A stretch of DNA of 64,000 nucleotides from a virus (taxonomy: Duplodnaviria; Caudoviricetes): positions 1 through 64,000 of the IMG/VR virus record IMGVR_UViG_3300021387_001774. One strand, given 5' to 3'. The notes beneath the pieces are model-generated. The model had not been told where the DNA came from. It saw only the letters and a list, made by a program, of their open reading frames with translations, and searched no databases. Shown here piece by piece: positions 1 through 8,532 of the stretch. Numbering within the stretch: position 1 is the first letter of the stretch; each line of letters opens with the position of its first letter. The translations under genes were made by a program, and so were the position numbers.

Positions 1-135
1 ATTGCTCTTAAAGCATACCTTGCAGAGATTAAGGTTCTTAAGGGTAAAGAAGATAAGCAGACAGCTAAAGACGCTAAGAAAGGTGTTGGATTAGCTGGTG
101 CAGCTTCTACTACAGAATCGCTCTTTAGGTTTTAA
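1..135 (+). CDS. 3' end of a gene truncated by the window edge (possible virion/head protein)
   Basis: Frame 1 is open from base 1 (IALKAYLAE...STTESLFRF) to TAA at 133-135, followed by a strong hairpin terminator. Confidence 0.6.
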   Translation: MALKAYLAEIKVLKGKEDKQTAKDAKKGVGLAGAASTTESLFRF

Positions 136-158
136 TATCCTCCAAGGATAATGATAGG

Positions 159-184
159 AGGACGAGAGTTTAAACTCTCGTCCT
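159..184 (+). terminator. Intrinsic terminator
   Basis: Perfect palindrome AGGACGAGAGTTTAAACTCTCGTCCT followed by a T-rich tract. Confidence 0.75.
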
Positions 185-213
185 TATTCTTTTTTATAGG
201 AGATTTGAAAAGA

Positions 214-1545
214 ATGTTTAGTGTTGAATCTATTCTTTTTAAAGATACAAATACTACTAACAATATGGTAGTAAATACACAGACTTCCTTAAAGACTACA
301 GACGAAATATATAAAGATGCTAGTCAAGCTATGGAAGATCTTGAATTTTATGATACTTATAGTAAGTTAAGTACATATAATAATTTACAGAAACTTAAGA
401 TGGTAAAAAGGTTACATAGCGTAACACAAAATATAAGAAATAAACAAGCTAACAATAGTTGTGAATCTTATTTGTCTAACTTGGCTTATTCTATAGAAGA
501 AGATCAGAAAAACGGTGAAGAGAGTAAAGGTGAAGAGAAGAAAGAAGAAAGCAGCGGAAAGAAAGATGGAAACATTATAGTCCGTTTCTTCAGATGGTTG
601 AAGAATATGCTTAAACGTTTTGTTGAATTCTTGAAATCTATTTGGAAAAAATTTATAGGATTCTTCAAAAAAGAGAAAGAAAATTTTAACAAAGAAGTAA
701 AAGAAGAAGATAAATCTCCAGAAGTTTCAGAAGTAAAAGCTAATCCTGATGAATCTATTTTTAAAGAAGCAAAGTCTGGTAAAGATAGTAAAAAAAATGC
801 AGCAAAGATGGATAAATTCAGAAGTTTACTTGAATCAATTCTGGAAAGATATGGTGGACTCTATTCATTAGGCGGAATTAAACTAGAAAATGTAACGATA
901 TTGAGAACTGAAAAAGTTGTTGGTATGGCTACAGACGTTGTCACTAAAATGAAAGATAATAATTTGGAAACAATTAAAACACAGCTTGTTCAAGTAAAAG
1001 AGAATATTTCACAATTGGAAGAACGTCTCAAAATTGCAAAAGAACAAGATGGTTCAAAACTTGAAAATGTTCTCACTCTTTTATTTAGTAAAGGAAAAGA
1101 TAAATTCCAAATAAAAAGAATAACTGATAAAAATAATATTAGTGTTAAATCGTTGAGTCAAGTATTTGATAATTTTGATGACGATGCTATTAGTAAACAG
1201 ATGAGTAATATCGTGAATAGTTTGGATAAAGTAATAAAAATGACAGATAAATTTATCGATATTTGTATCAAAAAAGTAAATGATAAAGATATTACTGCTA
1301 AAACGTTGAATAACGATGCTGTTCAAAAACATAATTATTCAACAGATATTAGTAAAACTGACACAGCTACTGCAAATAAAGGTATTATCCATGGTGGATT
1401 AACTGAGCTTAAAACTATGGCTAAATCTTTAACAGATTTGAATGGTACATATACTAAAGCTGTTAACACTGTAATTTTATATTTAATCGATTTATCAAAA
1501 GTTGAAAATTATGTGGACTGGCTATCTGCTACAGGTCAATCGTAA
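214..1545 (+). CDS. phiKZ-like internal head protein with cleavable N-terminal propeptide
   Basis: AGGAGA RBS at 198-203 supports ATG 214 (the ORF-track start 151 runs through the terminator). S-x-E motifs (SVE, SCE, SIE) and an amphipathic helix IIVRFFRWLKNMLKRFVEFLKSIWKKF. The N-terminus is paralogous to 33085 and 35575. Confidence 0.6.
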   Translation: MFSVESILFKDTNTTNNMVVNTQTSLKTTDEIYKDASQAMEDLEFYDTYSKLSTYNNLQKLKMVKRLHSVTQNIRNKQANNSCESYLSNLAYSIEEDQKNGEESKGEEKKEESSGKKDGNIIVRFFRWLKNMLKRFVEFLKSIWKKFIGFFKKEKENFNKEVKEEDKSPEVSEVKANPDESIFKEAKSGKDSKKNAAKMDKFRSLLESILERYGGLYSLGGIKLENVTILRTEKVVGMATDVVTKMKDNNLETIKTQLVQVKENISQLEERLKIAKEQDGSKLENVLTLLFSKGKDKFQIKRITDKNNISVKSLSQVFDNFDDDAISKQMSNIVNSLDKVIKMTDKFIDICIKKVNDKDITAKTLNNDAVQKHNYSTDISKTDTATANKGIIHGGLTELKTMAKSLTDLNGTYTKAVNTVILYLIDLSKVENYVDWLSATGQS

Positions 1546-1565
1546 CAAACAAAACTAAAAAAATA

Positions 1566-1593
1566 AATCCCAGGGTTTTTATTCCCTGGGATT
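1566..1593. terminator. Bidirectional terminator between convergent genes
   Basis: AATCCCAGGG...CCCTGGGATT inverted repeat flanked by A/T tracts. Confidence 0.7.
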
Positions 1594-1606
1594 ATATTTC
1601 TTTTGC

Positions 1607-2251
1607 TTACTTTTCTTCTTTTTCAGCCCACATAGATTCCACGAGTGGTCTTGTGAGCTTAAAGATTTTTAATCCCCTAAAGTATATAAAGTAGCAAACT
1701 ACTACCATCACATACTGTGTTATTAAGAGGATTTCTTCACTGATTGGTTTATCACCAACAATGAAGATAGCTAGGAACATCGATGTAACATAAGCAATAA
1801 TGCTACCTAAGTTACCAGCCTTTGTATTCCGAGCCGAATGCTCAGCCCGGAAATTTCCAGTGAATGTAGCGGAATGCATTTCCGTCCATGCAATCGCTTC
1901 AATTTCACTAAATATGCAGGAGATAGTATCTCCTACAAATAAAACCAATGGATTATGAGTAAAAGTGAACCACAGAACTGTTACAAGGTCTATAGCTCTT
2001 ACCGTAAATCCAATTTTGTTCCGGATATAGAACATGGTCTTCCGGAAAGAAAAATTTTTGCTGGCTATGTCATTGACTATATAACCAGCAAGAAACATTA
2101 CAAGAATCTGTCCCTGTGTCCATATAAAGGACAGATTCTCAGCATAATAACGATTCCATAACCCCATAGTCAATCCACAGACTATTGAGGCTATGAACCT
2201 GTTCTGATTAATGGTCTTACTTACGACCATTCTAATTTGCATTTCTTCCAT
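1607..2251 (-). CDS. Six-TM membrane protein resembling half of an MFS fold
   Basis: Six hydrophobic segments; R..H..RN..AGNLGSII resembles the MFS TM4-5 loop. AAGGAG RBS supports ATG 2251; early motif directly upstream. Confidence 0.5.
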   Translation of the reverse strand: MEEMQIRMVVSKTINQNRFIASIVCGLTMGLWNRYYAENLSFIWTQGQILVMFLAGYIVNDIASKNFSFRKTMFYIRNKIGFTVRAIDLVTVLWFTFTHNPLVLFVGDTISCIFSEIEAIAWTEMHSATFTGNFRAEHSARNTKAGNLGSIIAYVTSMFLAIFIVGDKPISEEILLITQYVMVVVCYFIYFRGLKIFKLTRPLVESMWAEKEEK

Positions 2252-2266
2252 ATATTTCTCCTTATG

Positions 2267-2290
2267 CATTAATATAATATATAATTGAAA
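2267..2290 (-). promoter_or_regulatory. Early-type phage promoter
   Basis: TTTCAATTATATATTATATTAATG; near-identical copies at six other intergenic sites. Confidence 0.7.
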
Positions 2291-2312
2291 AACCCCCCGA
2301 ACAGGTAAAAAA

Positions 2313-2344
2313 AGAACTAAAGAGATATTAATCTCTTTAGTTCT
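2313..2344 (-). terminator. Intrinsic terminator
   Basis: 14-bp stem AGAACTAAAGAGAT/ATCTCTTTAGTTCT followed by a T run on the minus strand. Confidence 0.75.
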
Positions 2345-2357
2345 AGAAGCATTTGCC

Positions 2358-2915
2358 TTATTTCTTTAAGGCATTAACGTCATAAACAAGGATTATATTA
2401 AGTTTACAATTGTTTAACTGTTTTACATAGTAACGAATCAGCTGTAATCCTTGAGCTTGATTGTAACCATTAATTGGTTGTCTAAACATAGAATCAATGT
2501 TCCACATTTTGTTAAAGGCTGAACGATACTCGTCAACCATAAATTTGTATGCTTCTTCTTTAGTATTAAATGATACATGTCTTTTATGATTCGTAGAAAA
2601 ATCATAATTAAGAATTCCAAACAATTTCTGTTTAGAAGTTACGTATCCAAGAATACGTTTACCATTCATGATTACATATTTTTCACGAAGTAAACCTTTT
2701 TCTTTCATTAGCTCAGACGTAGTTTTTGCATATTCGGCAACGGTGTTTTCTACTGTTTCTGCAGTTATATCTCCCGGCAATCTACGAGCTGTAGTAATTG
2801 TAATTTTAGGTTTAGGAACTACTGGTTTGAAAATACTTATTATTTTCATAATAAGCTTTTTAAGAAATACTTTGGTAGCTCTAGTTCTTACGATTGTAGC
2901 TTTAAAAATTTTCAT
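2358..2915 (-). CDS. Hypothetical protein (early)
   Basis: 185-aa ORF, AAGGGAG RBS, preceded by the repeated promoter-hairpin leader. Confidence 0.7.
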   Translation of the reverse strand: MKIFKATIVRTRATKVFLKKLIMKIISIFKPVVPKPKITITTARRLPGDITAETVENTVAEYAKTTSELMKEKGLLREKYVIMNGKRILGYVTSKQKLFGILNYDFSTNHKRHVSFNTKEEAYKFMVDEYRSAFNKMWNIDSMFRQPINGYNQAQGLQLIRYYVKQLNNCKLNIILVYDVNALKK

Positions 2916-2917
2916 AG

Positions 2918-3016
2918 TTCATTTCTCCCTTATGTTTATAGTAGTTTCATCTCTACACTAATAGTATTATAATAAGATACAACGTATCTTTCATTAATAT
3001 AATATATAATTAAAAA
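2918..3016 (-). repeat. Early promoter + 5' stem-loop leader cassette, family A copy 1
   Basis: About 100 bp shared with 48114-48216. A 47-bp block is identical (2970-3016 = 48170-48216) and includes the hairpin AAGATAC-GTT-GTATCTT. Confidence 0.85.
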
Positions 3017-3053
3017 GATAATATTTTAATATAATAAGGAGTGTGAATCAAGT

Positions 3054-3857
3054 ATGGTTAAACGAGAAGATATAGTAGATTTTACAATGAATGTTGATCC
3101 TAAAATGACTGGAGATACAGTTATTGAAAAAGAGAATAATAAAGAATTTACTTATAATGAAATAAAGGATGCTTTTCCTATTCATAAACAAGATCCTATA
3201 AGATGTATAGTCTATTGGGATGATATATGTCAATTTACATCTATAGCTCTTATAGAGTTAGTTAATCAAATATGTGAATCTAATGCTAAAATTGATCTAA
3301 AGCATTTCTTTGGTAGACCAAATGAATATTCATATGGTATCAAATATGTATATAAATTATTTGAAAATGTATTAACTAAAGAGCAAATAAATGATATAAA
3401 GAAGAAATTCTATTGGAGAATTCTTACTATGTCATTACGTTCTGAATTATTTATTGGTCTTATGAGAATGGATACTTATTTTGATAAGCTTGGGTTTTAT
3501 TTTCCTTGTAAATTCGATAATTGTGAGACATTAAAGAAAGATCTTAGAAATATATTCTTTAAGAATTCTAGTGAGGAAAAACTATTTTTCCATTTTGCTA
3601 GTGAAGGTACACCATTTAATGGATTACTAAAACAAGGATATAATTCTATTATTACACCAAATATGGCTGATACTTATGAATATATTCTTAATAATAAACT
3701 TGAAAAAATAACTATGATTAGTCCATCAATGCATAATGGATTATCTGATGAATTATATGATATGTTTTGTAAATATAGTAAATATCCTAGACCTAATAAA
3801 TGTCAATTAAGCCTATATGATGAATTTCCTGTATTACATAGTAATGAAAGAATATAA
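3054..3857 (+). CDS. Hypothetical protein, possibly a degenerate HAD-like fold
   Basis: 267-aa ORF with AAGGAG RBS; IVYWDDIC weakly resembles HAD motif I. Confidence 0.5.
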   Translation: MVKREDIVDFTMNVDPKMTGDTVIEKENNKEFTYNEIKDAFPIHKQDPIRCIVYWDDICQFTSIALIELVNQICESNAKIDLKHFFGRPNEYSYGIKYVYKLFENVLTKEQINDIKKKFYWRILTMSLRSELFIGLMRMDTYFDKLGFYFPCKFDNCETLKKDLRNIFFKNSSEEKLFFHFASEGTPFNGLLKQGYNSIITPNMADTYEYILNNKLEKITMISPSMHNGLSDELYDMFCKYSKYPRPNKCQLSLYDEFPVLHSNERI

Positions 3858-3861
3858 AACT

Positions 3862-3887
3862 AAACTGGGTATTTGTATACCCAGTTT
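3862..3887 (+). terminator. Intrinsic terminator
   Basis: AAACTGGGTA...TACCCAGTTT hairpin after the stop codon. Confidence 0.7.
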
Positions 3888-3894
3888 TATTAAA

Positions 3895-3908
3895 AACAAA
3901 ACTATATA
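3895..3908 (+). promoter_or_regulatory. Late-type promoter (NACA-N6-TATA)
   Basis: AACA-AAACTA-TATA upstream of 3936. Confidence 0.6.
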
Positions 3909-3935
3909 CTATTAATAAAGGGGATTTATTTTTTT

Positions 3936-5189
3936 ATGAAAAAGAATGAATTTAGACAAAAGATGTTAGAAATGCATAAAAATGATGCAGACATCTATAA
4001 GATTAAAAAGAAACATAATGATCTTGGAACAAATTCCAAGATCTCTTTAATTACATATAATAATAATGATGAATTATTAATAATTAAAGAAACAGAAGAT
4101 GGTAATCCTATAAAGGTTATTAAATCAAGTAAAGAAGATTTAGATCTTTCAAATGATACAAAGTTGACTACAGAATCACTGAATATGAATTCCAATAGTT
4201 TCACTACTAAACAATTAGAAAATATATTACCTACAGTTGATACTGTTATTAAAGATTCTGACGATAAATTGTATGGAATATCTTTTGGTAATATTAAACA
4301 AATCGGTGTTAGTGATTCTATAGACGAGTCTGTATCTTGTAAAGATCTCAATAGATGGGTAGAAAATTCTTTTAATTATGACGTAATAGATAAAGAGTTT
4401 AGTGATACAGCTATAGTTTATAATAAATTTCATTATCATGATTATCATTTTAATCATAAACTTAGAAAGAATAAAATGCAAGTAACTGATGAATTTGGTG
4501 ATACAGAATTATTAGTTTTAAGTAAAGAAAAACTGCATATTATGCAACATGGTACAGAAGAAGAGAAGTATTCTATTATTTTTGATAGATATTCATTAAA
4601 TAAGAATACTAGATACAGATTATTAAGTACAGCTCAAATTGTTGAATACGAAGGATATATAACATATTTTGATGGATTAAATACTAGACATGGTGAGTTA
4701 ATAGAGACTATGGAGAACGGTGATAAAAAGTTTCACGTTTATCACCCAAGTAATGTAGTAACAGGAATAAACGCCATAGAATCAAATACATATACATATG
4801 AATTTGAATTAATTTGTGGTCCAGATAATAGTTTGAAAAATTTTAAATTCCTCCAAAAACTCGACTATTGTAGGGTTATAGAGGGAAATGGCGAAAATAC
4901 GAAATTCGTCAATTACCTTCGTAATCCTATTAATCGTGGTCTAACACATATCGTAAGTGGTTACACAATACGTTTTGTATCATTACATACAACCGGTGGA
5001 GACTATTTTATTTACAAAACAAACGAACGTCTTACTAGAACTAAAACTTCTTGGGAATGGCACGGTTTGCAACACCGAAAATATGTTCATGATTATTATA
5101 CAACTTGGTATTATAAATTCGATAAATATAATAATCTTAGTTCATTATATTCTTCTAGTGAACGTAGAGATAGATGGTGGGATGATTAA
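3936..5189 (+). CDS. Hypothetical protein, likely late/virion
   Basis: 417-aa ORF, AAGGGG RBS, late motif upstream. Confidence 0.6.
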   Translation: MKKNEFRQKMLEMHKNDADIYKIKKKHNDLGTNSKISLITYNNNDELLIIKETEDGNPIKVIKSSKEDLDLSNDTKLTTESLNMNSNSFTTKQLENILPTVDTVIKDSDDKLYGISFGNIKQIGVSDSIDESVSCKDLNRWVENSFNYDVIDKEFSDTAIVYNKFHYHDYHFNHKLRKNKMQVTDEFGDTELLVLSKEKLHIMQHGTEEEKYSIIFDRYSLNKNTRYRLLSTAQIVEYEGYITYFDGLNTRHGELIETMENGDKKFHVYHPSNVVTGINAIESNTYTYEFELICGPDNSLKNFKFLQKLDYCRVIEGNGENTKFVNYLRNPINRGLTHIVSGYTIRFVSLHTTGGDYFIYKTNERLTRTKTSWEWHGLQHRKYVHDYYTTWYYKFDKYNNLSSLYSSSERRDRWWDD

Positions 5190-5223
5190 TATTTATATAA
5201 ATCTAAACTATAAAAAAATAATT

Positions 5224-5249
5224 AGAAGGGGGTCTCTTGGCCCCCTTCT
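5224..5249. terminator. Bidirectional terminator
   Basis: AGAAGGGGGT...GCCCCCTTCT hairpin between convergent genes. Confidence 0.7.
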
Positions 5250-5255
5250 TCATAT

Positions 5256-5345
5256 TTAAATTTTCCGTTCAATAATTTTAGATATAATTATAAAAGAAAT
5301 AGCTAAAACTAATCCGATAGAACCTAATATTAATTCTCCTATCAT
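5256..5345 (-). CDS. 29-aa single-TM peptide (not in the ORF track)
   Basis: MIGELILGSIGLVLAISFIIISKIIERKI*; GGGAGAG RBS overlapping the upstream TAG; hydrophobic helix with a basic C-terminus. Confidence 0.55.
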   Translation of the reverse strand: MIGELILGSIGLVLAISFIIISKIIERKI

Positions 5346-5354
5346 TGTCTCTCC

Positions 5355-6953
5355 CTAAATAATCATTTTCTTATATAATTGAATTACATCATTAATGATT
5401 TTATCTTCACTAATCTGTATAGGCTTACCATTTATATCATCTCTTCCATAAAGATTATAATTATAGTTATTATGAACTAAACTACTAATCATATCTTTTA
5501 TGGGATTATTTTCATCGAATGATGTTGTCTTTATTTCGAACACACTTTGTACATATTTATACTTAAGTTCTATTAATTGCACATAATCGATATTATTTTT
5601 TAAATTCTTTAAAATAGTAGCACTAGGCATATTTGTAAATGTATAACTAACTCTAGTACCAGTTACAAAGTATGGAAGATATTTAATTCCAAGATCTTCC
5701 ATCTTCTTTATAAGTACAATCATCAATCTAATTAATTGATCTTGTGTACAAGACTTAACATTCACGCTACCAGAGAAAAATCTAGCGAAGACCATGGTAA
5801 CCACTTTGACTGTAAAATTATGCAATTTATAATTTTTCTTGTACCAATTGAACTCTTTTTCGTCTATATAGATGCTATTTCGACGACAAATTGTATCAAT
5901 TGCATCATCATTTGCATATCTATTTAGAATACTTATACTTTCGTCAATGTTACGGTAAAACATGTCAAATATATCAGATTCACTCAAAGCGTCTTCATCA
6001 TCATTACTATTATCATTATCGTTAATTCTATAACAGTCAAATGGATTATTTGCTCTAATTTTAAATCTATTAATAGAATCTCTAGATACTACTGTAATAA
6101 GGTGAATTATATATCTATCGAGATCAAATTTAGGTACAATAGTTGTTACAATCTTTACCACAAATTCATCAATAATTGATTCTCTAGTTTCATTATATTG
6201 TGGGAAGTTAGCCCAAATAGGTTTATTAGATGATTCTGTAGAACGTACAATACGATCAATATACTGATAAAGTTTATCCATAAGATTATTACAGTTTGAA
6301 TCAACGGTAACAATCTTGAATATTGAATCAAATACTGTAAACATAAATGAATAAACTTCGATATTTTTATCTGAGTTAATAAAGATATAATGTGTACACA
6401 ATGGAATAGCAAATTTAACTAACATAGAAATTGTGTAAAGTAATTTAAAATGCTCATTAGTGAATGTAGTACCTGGAGCATATTTTTCTGATTCTTTTTC
6501 ATCAACGAATGTTTTATAATGAGCTTCTACATATCCTTTTACTTCATTAATAAATGATGGTGTAAACAACGTAGTAATCATAAAATTGATAAAGTTCTGA
6601 TATTTACCAAAGTCTCTTCTAGCATCTACACCATAATGAAGTAGATCTTCTTCGGAATCCGTTTTCACAAATAACTTACTATCAATGGCTTTCTTTACAT
6701 TAAAGTATGACAGAATCACCTGTTGTGTTACTGTATAAGATATGGAAGAAAGAATTTTATTATTGTCTTTACACATCGTGTTAGCAAAGTTAGCATATAC
6801 TCTTTTCTTTCCAATAGCCATTTTAAAAGTATTATATACTTTAAGATCTGGATTCTTAAAAATTTCATCGAAATTAATAATGATATTCTTGTTTTTCTCA
6901 GTAAAGTATTTCACATTCTGCTTATTTCTTATAGTTTGTACATACTTAGGCAT
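5355..6953 (-). CDS. Probable promoter-specificity (sigma-like) subunit of the non-virion RNA polymerase, AR9 gp226 / phiKZ gp68-like
   Basis: About 530 aa, helical. The segment TFTNEHFKLLYTISMLVKFAIPLCTHY resembles a block I recall from this family (not verified by search). GGAGG RBS supports ATG 6953; an early-type motif lies upstream. Confidence 0.55.
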   Translation of the reverse strand: MPKYVQTIRNKQNVKYFTEKNKNIIINFDEIFKNPDLKVYNTFKMAIGKKRVYANFANTMCKDNNKILSSISYTVTQQVILSYFNVKKAIDSKLFVKTDSEEDLLHYGVDARRDFGKYQNFINFMITTLFTPSFINEVKGYVEAHYKTFVDEKESEKYAPGTTFTNEHFKLLYTISMLVKFAIPLCTHYIFINSDKNIEVYSFMFTVFDSIFKIVTVDSNCNNLMDKLYQYIDRIVRSTESSNKPIWANFPQYNETRESIIDEFVVKIVTTIVPKFDLDRYIIHLITVVSRDSINRFKIRANNPFDCYRINDNDNSNDDEDALSESDIFDMFYRNIDESISILNRYANDDAIDTICRRNSIYIDEKEFNWYKKNYKLHNFTVKVVTMVFARFFSGSVNVKSCTQDQLIRLMIVLIKKMEDLGIKYLPYFVTGTRVSYTFTNMPSATILKNLKNNIDYVQLIELKYKYVQSVFEIKTTSFDENNPIKDMISSLVHNNYNYNLYGRDDINGKPIQISEDKIINDVIQLYKKMII

Positions 6954-6971
6954 AAAATATAAATCCTCCAT

Positions 6972-7013
6972 AAATATATATTATTTTACTGATCATTATA
7001 AAAATATATATTT
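6972..7013. promoter_or_regulatory. Pair of face-to-face early-type promoter variants for divergent genes
   Basis: + strand AAATATATATTATTTTACTG (6972-6991) and - strand AAATATATATTTTTATAATG (6994-7013). Confidence 0.45.
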
Positions 7014-7067
7014 ATTTTTATTTTTGATCTAATAATTTTATATCATATTTTAAGGAGTAAGTAGAGT

Positions 7068-8492
7068 ATGGATGAGAAAGCTAAAGAAATAATTGCACCA
7101 TTTAGTGATTGGAGCATCGGTGAAATAAGATTTGGAAGAGTTATGTCTGCTATAGACGCTATAGTCGAAAGTAAAATTGAAAGATTAAAGAATGAAATGA
7201 AAGCTGAAATTCAAAAACTTCAAATAGAGAAAGCATTTCCACCAAAAACTACTAATGAAGATAAAGATGTAGATGAAGAGGAAGATCAAAAACTAAAAGA
7301 ATCTAAAACCTTAGAGAACGAATTTAAACACACAATTGCAGGAACATTAATTAATAAATTTGCATCAGAATTATACACTTTGGTCGATTCAGAATATTAC
7401 TGTGATGCGAAATGGAATGTAAATTTACCATTCTATACTTTAAAGTATTTTTATGAATATTCTCGTGTATTAAGAAAAAAACTTGATGAACTTATAAATT
7501 CGGTAAACAATGATTCTAATTCTAATGCTTTATATATTAGTAGCCGATCAGAAAACACAAAAACCTTAGATTCAACAGCAATTGTTTTTAATCCAAAAAC
7601 GTGTATTATATATAGACCTTCACCATTTGAATACAATAAATTTGATTATGATGTTAAATTAATAATTACTGAGGATAATGGAACTGAAAACTTTTTTCAG
7701 TTTAAGTGGCATCGTGGATATTCTATTATTGAATGTGATAATGGTAACCCAAATTTTATGTTATTTGATCCAATTAATCATGACTACACATTATTTTACA
7801 AATCACATAAAATGTTGTATGTGAATCATGATGATAAAAATTCAACTTCACTTAAAAATGAAGATAAAGAAGAGATTAATAAATCAAAAGTTTGGGGAGA
7901 ATTTTGTCATCCAGAAGATATATCGGATCAATATCGAAGTCCTAAAATACCAATATTGCACAAACTGAATGTTACAAAAGTAGAGGAAGATAAAAGAATA
8001 AAGATTAGAAATAAATTAAAAGAATTATTTGGTGGAGTTATCATGACTATAACTAATGAGAGAGAAGTTCATGAGAACTTTACTTATAGTAATTCTGATT
8101 TACGAACTCTTAAAAAGAATATACGTAAATATATCCGTAATTTAATATGCACAATTCCTGAATCAGAACCACTATATATTTATTCAAATAAAAATAAGCA
8201 GATAGATAAACCAATAACATGTTATAAAACAAGAAACTACAAAATAATACCAAGTAGTACATCAAATAATCCTTGGTTCGATATAAACGTTATTTGTGAA
8301 AACTGTGATATATCTATTCCTATACTATTTTTTGATAGAAACACATATTTCTTATCTGTAAGAAATGACGACTCTGAAAATAAAGTATATAATTTTGCAA
8401 TAGTAAATACTAAGACTAAAGAGTTTGTTATATTTACAAAGGATAAATTTGTATTTGATGGTTGGAAATTAGAAATTACAGCAGAACGTTAA
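7068..8492 (+). CDS. Hypothetical protein
   Basis: 474-aa ORF, AAGGAG RBS, terminator downstream. Confidence 0.7.
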   Translation: MDEKAKEIIAPFSDWSIGEIRFGRVMSAIDAIVESKIERLKNEMKAEIQKLQIEKAFPPKTTNEDKDVDEEEDQKLKESKTLENEFKHTIAGTLINKFASELYTLVDSEYYCDAKWNVNLPFYTLKYFYEYSRVLRKKLDELINSVNNDSNSNALYISSRSENTKTLDSTAIVFNPKTCIIYRPSPFEYNKFDYDVKLIITEDNGTENFFQFKWHRGYSIIECDNGNPNFMLFDPINHDYTLFYKSHKMLYVNHDDKNSTSLKNEDKEEINKSKVWGEFCHPEDISDQYRSPKIPILHKLNVTKVEEDKRIKIRNKLKELFGGVIMTITNEREVHENFTYSNSDLRTLKKNIRKYIRNLICTIPESEPLYIYSNKNKQIDKPITCYKTRNYKIIPSSTSNNPWFDINVICENCDISIPILFFDRNTYFLSVRNDDSENKVYNFAIVNTKTKEFVIFTKDKFVFDGWKLEITAER

Positions 8493-8497
8493 AAAAT

Positions 8498-8523
8498 AGT
8501 CTGGGGATATAAATCCCCAGACT
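8498..8523. terminator. Bidirectional terminator
   Basis: AGTCTGGGGAT...ATCCCCAGACT with A and T tracts on either side. Confidence 0.8.
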
Positions 8524-8532
8524 TTATTTTTT

